Shown piece by piece: positions 39,932 through 48,017 of a stretch of 64,000 bases of DNA. The stretch spans positions 126-64,125 of the forward strand of contig NZ_JADGDZ010000010.1 of the NCBI RefSeq assembly GCF_016744625.1, given 5' to 3'. Every line of letters begins with the position of its first letter. Within the stretch, counting starts at the first letter, position 1. The position numbers and the translations under genes were made by a program. The notes under the pieces were generated by a model. The model saw nothing but the letters and a program-made list of their open reading frames with translations, did no database searches and was not told where the DNA came from. This DNA comes from Winogradskyella sp. Its GTDB lineage: Bacteria; Bacteroidota; Bacteroidia; Flavobacteriales; Flavobacteriaceae.

Positions 39932-40001
39932 ATTTTTACCATTCATTTTAAATCGATTTATGTCAATTCAAAAGACTAAATGAAGACTCAAAAAAAATAT
40001 T

Positions 40002-40026
40002 GCCCTTGCCAAAACAAGGGCTTTTG
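40002..40026 (+). terminator. Rho-independent terminator
   Basis: GCCCTTG-ccaaaa-CAAGGGC followed by TTTTG. Confidence 0.6.
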
Positions 40027-40070
40027 TTATTTAAAATGAAACACTTATTTTGCATTCGTAATAAAAACTA

Positions 40071-40358
40071 ATGCCAAAACAAAACACTCTTACAGACTCC
40101 ATACGCCAACTCATAGAAGCTATTCTCAAAGCTCTTGGGTATGACAATAATAGAAAAAGAACATGGCATCAGCATGTGATACCTTATCAAGATGGTTGGG
40201 CTGTGCGTAGAGAAGGTAATAAAGGCATTACTTCTAAACATAGAAAGCAAAGTACTGCTATACGTAAAGCAAAAACTTTAGCCAAAAGACATGATGCAGA
40301 TGTCATTATCCACAGAGCCAATGGTGGTATTCGAGATCGAGTGAGTTATAAGGAATAG
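40071..40358 (+). CDS. DUF2188-family small protein
   Basis: GWAVRREGNKGITSKHRKQSTAIRKAKTLAKRHDADVIIHRANGGIRDR matches the DUF2188 pattern. Confidence 0.7.
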   Translation: MPKQNTLTDSIRQLIEAILKALGYDNNRKRTWHQHVIPYQDGWAVRREGNKGITSKHRKQSTAIRKAKTLAKRHDADVIIHRANGGIRDRVSYKE

Positions 40359-40605
40359 TGTCCATTTGTATTAGAATTATTGTTTTTTAATGGCTAAAAG
40401 TGTTGTCTTGTTAAAAATACCTAGTACTGAGTATTTTTTAGAATAGTTAAAAGTATTTAATTTACAGAGTATTACGAATATGTGAATTATAAAGGTCTTT
40501 TATAGAGATTAAAATAATCTTGTCGAAAAATGAATGCGTTTCATTTTAACTTAGCAAGAATTTAACTACATTGAATATCTTTAAGTAATTAGCTATTATC
40601 AATTT

Positions 40606-43600
40606 ATGGAGAAAATTAAGCATCGCTTACTCTTTTTAGTGATTTGTTGTGTCGTAAATTTAACGGCTGCTTTTAATAATACTGATAAGTTTCTAAATAC
40701 TGAGGCATCATCTGAGATGACTTATGAAGAAACAATTTTACTGCCACCAAGTGCAACAATATCAGGTACAGCAACGGTTTGTCTTAATGATACTCCATTG
40801 CCAGAAGTTACCTTTACAGGATCTGGAGGACAAACACCATACACCTTTGTTTATACCATTAATAATGGACCAAATTTAAATGTAAGCACTACAGGAACAA
40901 ACACATCTGTAACCGTAAATGTTAATACCAATGTTGTAGGTGATTTTGTATATGAAATTGTTTCCGTTACAGATAATACTAATGATACAACCTTAGAAAG
41001 TGGAACTGTAACCATAATTGTTGGTGCTCCGCCAACCGTAGATTTCACTTTTGATGATAATGAATGTTCTGGTACACCAGTACATTTTTTATCAAATATT
41101 ACAGGAAGTAGTCCATTTATCTATGCTTGGACTTTTGGAGATGCTAGTACATCTACAGATCAAGATCCAACCCATGTCTATGATGCGCGAGGTTGTGGTT
41201 TTTCTAATTTTATAGCGACCTTAACAGTTACAGATTCTAATGGTTGTAGTGCATCAGCGTCTCAGACAATAAATGTAGAACAGCGACCAGATCTTAGTTT
41301 TGTGGATTTAGATGCTCAGTTTACTCCTCCATTTGATAATTGTGGAAATAATACCGTTGATCCTGCTTATACCATAAATGTTGGTAATACATCACCATCA
41401 GATAGCTGTGTAACCTCTTACGACATTGATTGGGGAGATGGCAATGCAGCAACTGGCATCTTATTTCCTATTACACATACTTATGCAGGACTAGGTTCTT
41501 TTAATATGGTAATAACAGGTTATGGAGATAGTGGATGTAATACCACGGAAACCATCTTGGTGAAAAATTCTAGTAATCCTATTGGTGCGATTATAAGCCC
41601 AGGAAATACGGTAAATTTATGTTTGCCTATAAATGCACTCGATTTTGCTATTGGATCTTGGGGAGCAAATCCTCCAGATACGACTTATTCTGTAGATTAT
41701 GGAGACGGTAATACAGGGTTTTATACTCAAGATCAATTAATTGCGGGAACAGCTAATTACGACCCAAATAATCCTGCAGCAGCAGATCCTTTTCCGATAC
41801 CACATGAATATACAGAATCGAGTTGCCCAAACTCTAGTTATACAATTACCTTAATAATTTCGACATCTTGTGGTCAGACCTTTTTAACCGCAGGACCTAT
41901 AATTATTTTAAAACTACCAGAAGTTGATTTTGATTATGAATCACCAGGTTGTGTTGATACTGCTATTCAATTTACTAATTTAACTGAAGGTGGATTTGGA
42001 CCAAACTGTACCGACCAGGCTGCACATATGTGGGATTTTGGAGATGGAGATACGTCCACTTTAGAGAATCCAAGTCATGTGTACACATCACCTGGAACTT
42101 ATACTGTGACTTTACTTGAGGAGAATTTTTGTGGTACCACAGATCCAGTAGTTAAAACTATTTGTATAGAGCCAGAATTAGTTCCCAATTTTACATTAGA
42201 TACTAATTCAGGTTGTATTCCTTTGGATGTTGTTGGAACCAACACTACAGATTTATCTCAATCTTGCGGAAGCGACACTTATCTATGGGAAGTTTCTTAT
42301 ATGCCAGAATTTTGCGGAACCACAGAATTATGGAGTTTTACGAATGGTACTGACGAAACCTCAGTGAATCCATCATTTCAATTTGATACAGCTGGTACTT
42401 ATGAGCTTAGCATGACAATTACAAATTCTTGTGGTGATTTTACGACTATGCAAACCATTGAGGTAAAAAGACCACCAACGGCTACTATTAATCCTATTGA
42501 TGATGCTTGTGGTATGGCTTCCTTTAATCCAGTGGCAACAGTAGATACCTGTGCACCAGCTTCAGATACGATAACTTACAGTTGGTCTTTTCCTGGAGGA
42601 ACACCTGCGACGTCAAATTTACTCGACCCAGGAACTATTACCTATACAATGGTTGGTGTATATACTGTTTCTCTTGGTATAACTAATGCTTGTGGGACGA
42701 CCACAGTGACAGAGGTATTTGTTGTAAGTAGTTTACCGACCATCACTAATACAGACTTAACACAAACGTTATGTTCTGGAGCGGAATCTACTGCGATAGA
42801 TATAACATCAGATAATGCTAGTACTACGTACAATTGGTCGTCTAATACTCCTGCTGGTTTAACAGGTTATATTCCTAATGGCACATCGAGTACGATTCCT
42901 GCTCAAACCTTAATTAATACAACTAATACAGCGGTAACGTTGATTTATACAGTAACGCCAGAGATTAATGGATGTTTTGGTGCACCTGTAAATTTTGAAA
43001 TTGTAGTTGAACCAGCACCATTGATAACAACACAACCAATTTCTGATGCGGTTTGTCAAAATGGAACGGCTAATGATTTATCAGTAGCATTTCAAGGTAC
43101 AGGAACAGCAAATTACCAATGGTATGAAAATACTGTTGATAATACCACAACAGGAACAGCGATAGCAGGAGCGACATTTTCAACATTTACTCCGCCTACA
43201 GATACTGTAGGAACGATCTATTATTATGTGATTATTACATTTTCTACTGGTGGTTGTAATGAAATCACATCAGACACAGCGGAAATCATAGTCGCTAATA
43301 CCACACAGATTGATATGCAACCTTTAAATACTCAATCAATATGTGAAGGAGGCACATCTGAAGAACTTTCAATAACGGTCTCAGGTGGAGCAGGAGTCGC
43401 ATCTTATCAATGGTTTAGTAATACAACAAACTCAAATACTGGTGGAACTTTAATTACTGGAGCAACCGCACCTAATTATACTCCTCCTGCTTTTACAAGT
43501 ACTGGAAATTTTTATTATTATGTTGAAGTCAGCTATATCACCAGTGGTTGTGCTGGACTTACAAGTGATGTTTCAGAAATTATAGTGGTCAATGATCCAA

Positions 43601-46600
43601 CGATTACAATACAGCCACTTGTATTTCAGAGTTTATGTCAGAATACTTCAACGCAAAATTTAGAGGTTACGATTGCAGATGGTTTGGGAATTGAATCTTA
43701 CCAATGGTATGTAAGTACTGTGAATAATACAACTACAGGTACAGCAATAGTAGGTGCTACAGCTTCTATATTTACACCACCTTCAACCGTAGTTGGTACC
43801 TTATATTATTACTGTATTGTCACTCAAGATGTGTCTGGTTGTGAAGTTACGAGTGCGAGTAGTGAAGTTGAGGTCACAGCAGGCGCGCAATTTAATTCGC
43901 AACCAATTTCTGATGAACTATGTCTTGGTGAAACCACTAATACTTTAACAGTTTCTTATACAAATGGTACTGGAACTCCAAGCTACCAATGGTATCAAAA
44001 TACAGTAAATAATACGACGACAGGTACTACAATTACTGGAGCTAATATAGCTACTTATAATCCAGATGTAAGTTCTATAGGAACCTTGTATTACTATATG
44101 ATTATTACGTTTAATTCAGGTGGTTGTACTGAAATTATATCGAATACAGCTGAAATCATTGTAAACGAAATACCGATTATAGATGATTCTGAGGCATTGA
44201 TTTGTAGTGGTAATACATTTGTATTTATTCCTGATACAACAAATACAGGTGATATTGTACCATTAAATACCTTATACACATGGACATTACCTGTAGTTAA
44301 TCCTGCTGGAAGCATTACAGGTGCAACAGAACAGCTCACACCCATAGCAACAGTATCCCAATTTTTGGAGAATACAACAACAAATCCTGCTACAGTAACT
44401 TATACGGTAACTCCAATTTCTGGTAATTGTATTGGTATAAATTTTGACGTTGTGGTGACTGTAAACCCATCAATTTCCGTTACATCAACTGTTGTAAATA
44501 ATACGTGTTTTCAATCTAATGATGCTTCTATAAATATAACTATTGTTGGAGGAGTACCATTTACAACAGGAAACCCTTATACTGTTAACTGGACAGGACC
44601 TAACGGTTATACAAGTACTGATGAAGATATTTCTAACCTAGAAGCAGGAATTTATACTTTAGATATTATAGATGATGGAGGTTGTCCATATACTGAAACC
44701 TTCACCATTACAGAACCAGAAGAACTAATGTTTAGCTTTATAGATTTTGATCCTGAAACGATTTCTTGTTTTGGCGCCAATGATGGAGACATTAGCATTG
44801 ATATTGCTGGAGGAACTCAGCCTTATGATTACACATGGACTTTAGGAGGTTTACCATTTTCAACAGATGAAGACTTAACGAATCTAGGACCTGGTGATTA
44901 TGCGATTTCTGTAACTGATACCAATAGTTGTGGGCCAATAACGCTCAATTTTGTTATAGTAGAACCAGAATTATTCGAAGTTACTTTAGATACAAAAACG
45001 GATGTATTATGTTTTGGTGAAGCTACTGGAACTATAAACGTAGCTATTGTTGGCGGACGATTAGATTACACTTTTTCTTGGACAGGACCAAACGGGTTTG
45101 TAAGTGCTAATCAGAATATAGATACGTTATTTGCTGGAACTTATAATCTTACAGTAACAGATCGTTCAGGTTGTACAGATATGCTTGAAGTTGAAATTAT
45201 TCAGAATGATCAAATAGATATTGATGTAACAGCTACGGATATTTTGTGTTATGGAGATAATGACGCTTCGATAACAATTAATTCGATTTCTGGAGGAGTA
45301 TCTCCTTATGGCATAGCTTGGAGTAATTTTGGAACTGGAAATGTGCAGACTAACCTTTCGCCTGGAACTTATACTATAACGATTACTGATGCAGAAAACT
45401 GTACACGAAGTTTTCCTATAGTAATAGATGCACCTCCTTTGTTTTTAATAGATCCTGTAGTGATGCAAATGTCGTGTTCTGGTGAAAATGATGCGAGTAT
45501 AACATTGAATTTTGTTGGAGGTATAGATCCTGTGACTGTCGTTTGGGATGATGATGCAACTGCAGGGACTGAACGTAATAATTTGGCACCAGGCAACTAT
45601 TCTGTAACTATTACGGACGGAACACCTTGTGTTATTCAAGAAAGTTTTACCATATTCAATATTTTGCCTTTAGAGCTTTCTGCTAATGTAACTGATGCAC
45701 TAGATTGTGATGATACCAATAGTGGTGCCATTAACTTATTAATCCAAGGAGGAACTCCTCCCTTTACCGTAGTTTGGTCTAATGGAGATACTACTGAAGA
45801 TTTAGATAATGTGCCACCAAATTCATATACAGCAAATGTTACAGACGCAAATGGTTGTGAAATACAAGGCAATTGGGATGTGATTCGTTTTGAACCCTTG
45901 GTCTTAAACATTGAAACACAAACTGAAGTGGATTGTGATGCTAAAACAGTCGATCAGACTTTTGTTGCTATGGCTAGTGGTGGAGTACCTCCATTTCAAT
46001 TTAATTGGTCTAGCGGAACCGTTAGTGGTACTAATAATGAACTAATGACCATTGATGAAGATGGGCTTGTTCTTTTAGAAGTTATAGATAGTCAAGGTTG
46101 TACTGCAAATTATAGTTTAAATGTTGAAGCTCCTGTTTTAGGAGATCCTGATTTTACAACAAGTTCTTTTGGGTTTATAAATTATGGAGTGTATGCAATT
46201 CAAGATCCTATTGAGTTTATAAATACAACTACTGGAGATTACGAAAGTATATTATGGGATTTTGGTGATGGTAGTTTTTCAAGTGAAGAAAATCCAATTC
46301 ATACTTACATAGAAATAGGAAGTTATATCGTTACACAGCGCGTTACATATCCTTTTGGGTGTGTGTATGAAAAAGTTATCACGCTTATTATTGAAGAAGG
46401 CTACAGGCTTATTATGCCAAATGCATTTACACCAAATGATGATACACTTAATGATTTCTTTAGTCCTGTTCACATTGGTCTTAATACTTTAGAAATTAAC
46501 GTTTATGATACTTGGGGAAGTCTAATTTATTCAGAGTCAGGAGATACAATAAGAGGATGGGATGGGAAAGTAAAAAATGAAGTCGCCGAAAACGGAAACT

Positions 46601-46677
46601 ATTATTATACGTTCACAGCTAAGACCTTTTATGGAAATGTGATTAAGAAACAAGGAGCTTTTGTATATATCAAATAA
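40606..46677 (+). CDS. SprB-like cell-surface protein: PKD domains, Ig-like repeats, SprB repeats and a T9SS type-B (gliding-motility-associated) C-terminal sorting domain
   Basis: PKD motifs WTFGD...THVY and WDFGDGDTS...PSHVYTSPGTYTVTL. The C-terminal LIMPNAFTPNDDTLNDFF...NVYDTWGSLIY...WDGK...NGNYYYTF is the type-B CTD signature. Confidence 0.9.
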   Translation: MEKIKHRLLFLVICCVVNLTAAFNNTDKFLNTEASSEMTYEETILLPPSATISGTATVCLNDTPLPEVTFTGSGGQTPYTFVYTINNGPNLNVSTTGTNTSVTVNVNTNVVGDFVYEIVSVTDNTNDTTLESGTVTIIVGAPPTVDFTFDDNECSGTPVHFLSNITGSSPFIYAWTFGDASTSTDQDPTHVYDARGCGFSNFIATLTVTDSNGCSASASQTINVEQRPDLSFVDLDAQFTPPFDNCGNNTVDPAYTINVGNTSPSDSCVTSYDIDWGDGNAATGILFPITHTYAGLGSFNMVITGYGDSGCNTTETILVKNSSNPIGAIISPGNTVNLCLPINALDFAIGSWGANPPDTTYSVDYGDGNTGFYTQDQLIAGTANYDPNNPAAADPFPIPHEYTESSCPNSSYTITLIISTSCGQTFLTAGPIIILKLPEVDFDYESPGCVDTAIQFTNLTEGGFGPNCTDQAAHMWDFGDGDTSTLENPSHVYTSPGTYTVTLLEENFCGTTDPVVKTICIEPELVPNFTLDTNSGCIPLDVVGTNTTDLSQSCGSDTYLWEVSYMPEFCGTTELWSFTNGTDETSVNPSFQFDTAGTYELSMTITNSCGDFTTMQTIEVKRPPTATINPIDDACGMASFNPVATVDTCAPASDTITYSWSFPGGTPATSNLLDPGTITYTMVGVYTVSLGITNACGTTTVTEVFVVSSLPTITNTDLTQTLCSGAESTAIDITSDNASTTYNWSSNTPAGLTGYIPNGTSSTIPAQTLINTTNTAVTLIYTVTPEINGCFGAPVNFEIVVEPAPLITTQPISDAVCQNGTANDLSVAFQGTGTANYQWYENTVDNTTTGTAIAGATFSTFTPPTDTVGTIYYYVIITFSTGGCNEITSDTAEIIVANTTQIDMQPLNTQSICEGGTSEELSITVSGGAGVASYQWFSNTTNSNTGGTLITGATAPNYTPPAFTSTGNFYYYVEVSYITSGCAGLTSDVSEIIVVNDPTITIQPLVFQSLCQNTSTQNLEVTIADGLGIESYQWYVSTVNNTTTGTAIVGATASIFTPPSTVVGTLYYYCIVTQDVSGCEVTSASSEVEVTAGAQFNSQPISDELCLGETTNTLTVSYTNGTGTPSYQWYQNTVNNTTTGTTITGANIATYNPDVSSIGTLYYYMIITFNSGGCTEIISNTAEIIVNEIPIIDDSEALICSGNTFVFIPDTTNTGDIVPLNTLYTWTLPVVNPAGSITGATEQLTPIATVSQFLENTTTNPATVTYTVTPISGNCIGINFDVVVTVNPSISVTSTVVNNTCFQSNDASINITIVGGVPFTTGNPYTVNWTGPNGYTSTDEDISNLEAGIYTLDIIDDGGCPYTETFTITEPEELMFSFIDFDPETISCFGANDGDISIDIAGGTQPYDYTWTLGGLPFSTDEDLTNLGPGDYAISVTDTNSCGPITLNFVIVEPELFEVTLDTKTDVLCFGEATGTINVAIVGGRLDYTFSWTGPNGFVSANQNIDTLFAGTYNLTVTDRSGCTDMLEVEIIQNDQIDIDVTATDILCYGDNDASITINSISGGVSPYGIAWSNFGTGNVQTNLSPGTYTITITDAENCTRSFPIVIDAPPLFLIDPVVMQMSCSGENDASITLNFVGGIDPVTVVWDDDATAGTERNNLAPGNYSVTITDGTPCVIQESFTIFNILPLELSANVTDALDCDDTNSGAINLLIQGGTPPFTVVWSNGDTTEDLDNVPPNSYTANVTDANGCEIQGNWDVIRFEPLVLNIETQTEVDCDAKTVDQTFVAMASGGVPPFQFNWSSGTVSGTNNELMTIDEDGLVLLEVIDSQGCTANYSLNVEAPVLGDPDFTTSSFGFINYGVYAIQDPIEFINTTTGDYESILWDFGDGSFSSEENPIHTYIEIGSYIVTQRVTYPFGCVYEKVITLIIEEGYRLIMPNAFTPNDDTLNDFFSPVHIGLNTLEINVYDTWGSLIYSESGDTIRGWDGKVKNEVAENGNYYYTFTAKTFYGNVIKKQGAFVYIK
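43012..44166 (+). repeat. Four tandem coding repeats of about 96 aa each (QP..S..C.G......V...G.G...YQW..NT.NN.TGGT.I.GAT...YTPP....G..YYY)
   Basis: Read from the translation. The period is about 289 nt. More divergent copies flank the block on each side. Confidence 0.85.
44464..46130 (+). repeat. Seven tandem SprB-type repeats of about 79 aa each (C.G..DG.I.....GG..P..Y.W)
   Basis: An example is SCFGANDGDISIDIAGGTQPYDYTW. The period is about 238 nt. Confidence 0.85.
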
Positions 46678-46684
46678 AACCAGA

Positions 46685-47689
46685 ATGACATTTAATAAAA
46701 AAGCAATAATTATAATATTGGTTTTAATGAGTTTTTGTGCCAATGCTCAAGATCCGATTTTTACTCAATCTAACTATATACAAGAAACATTGAATCCTGG
46801 ATTTTCCGGATTTGAAGATAGCGACCGTATTGCTGCAGGTGTTTTAAGTAGAACCCAGTGGCCAAATTTAGATTTAAGAGTTGATACACAATATGCATAT
46901 GTCAATAAATCATTTGATTATGGTCCAAGTCTTGGGTTTGGTATTGGTGTTAACTTTTTAAGACAACACGAAACTTTTAATAACTATAATTATTATCAGA
47001 TTAATGCTAATTATGCACATCGTGTAAATCTTGATGGTGGTTGGTATTTTAGACCTGCTTTAGAAGTTGGTCTTGGTTTTAAAGATATAGGATTTAGTAA
47101 CCTCACTTTAGCAGATCAGATTAATATTAATACAGGAGTCATTAACCCAGTATCAGTTGATCCTTTGAGTAATAATACCGATAATGTATTCTTTGGAGAT
47201 ATTTCGGCAGGTTTTGTTTTTGAGCGCGAAGAGTTTAATGGCATTACATATTGGTTTGGTGCTTCTGCTAAACATCTTAACCGTCCTAATATATCATTTG
47301 TTGATGGCGAAAAATTGCCATTAGATATTTTCTATTCTTTACATGGTAATTTCCGCTTTCCGTTTTTAAATGATTATAGTATAATGATGACTGCTAATTT
47401 TATGCAGCAAGGCGAGTATAATCGTTTAGATATTGGTTCGTTATTTATGGTCAATCAATTTCTTATTGGTATTACTGCAGCTACAAATCCTGCTATGAAT
47501 GATGATAATAGTCATTTGTTAACTTCTATTAACGGCTTTCTAGGTTTAGAATATGAAGAATTTAGATTCGGTTTGTCTTATGATGCTAATACGTCTAAAA
47601 TCGGTCGCACTAATGGTGTGTATGAGTTATCGGTGACGTACTTATCTAGATGTAGACGTTGTAAAATTGACCGTAGACGAAAGCGGTAA
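46685..47689 (+). CDS. PorP/SprF-family T9SS outer-membrane protein, partner of the upstream type-B cargo
   Basis: Starts at MTFNKKAIIIILVLMSFCANAQDPIFTQSNYIQETLNPGFSG, the PorP/SprF N-terminal signature. The ATG lies 8 nt after the upstream stop. Confidence 0.88.
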   Translation: MTFNKKAIIIILVLMSFCANAQDPIFTQSNYIQETLNPGFSGFEDSDRIAAGVLSRTQWPNLDLRVDTQYAYVNKSFDYGPSLGFGIGVNFLRQHETFNNYNYYQINANYAHRVNLDGGWYFRPALEVGLGFKDIGFSNLTLADQININTGVINPVSVDPLSNNTDNVFFGDISAGFVFEREEFNGITYWFGASAKHLNRPNISFVDGEKLPLDIFYSLHGNFRFPFLNDYSIMMTANFMQQGEYNRLDIGSLFMVNQFLIGITAATNPAMNDDNSHLLTSINGFLGLEYEEFRFGLSYDANTSKIGRTNGVYELSVTYLSRCRRCKIDRRRKR

Positions 47690-48017
47690 GGTGCTTTGTT
47701 TACTTAAATATTCTGTATTAGGTTTTGTATAAAGCTAAAGCCTAATCTATTAACTATGTTTGTTACGTTTTATCTAAAACGTCTCCTATAGAACTGATTT
47801 GTAGTACGTTTCATCGAATACTAGCACGATACATTTGTATAACCGCCATTTAACTACGATATTTACTTTGCTATTATATTAATTAATCAACCCTCAACAT
47901 CAGTACACTATTTTATATATAGTATTCATTTTAGGCTATACCAGTAATTAGTATTGGCCTTTTGGTATTTATATTATTTAGATGTAGAACGTTGAATGTT
48001 AAACTAAACTTTAAAAG

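Noticed and set aside
42700-46200. CRISPR-like periodicity
   Set aside because: The repeats have 238-289 nt periods, are in frame, are divergent at the nucleotide level, and encode Ig/SprB domains. No short identical direct repeats with unique spacers occur anywhere in the window.
40851-46743. Minus-strand ORFs (40851..41048, 42642..42833, 44094..44345, 45369..45911, 46279..46743) inside the SprB-like gene and across its junction with the PorP/SprF gene
   Set aside because: They are shadow ORFs opposite a CDS with clear PKD, SprB and type-B CTD signatures.
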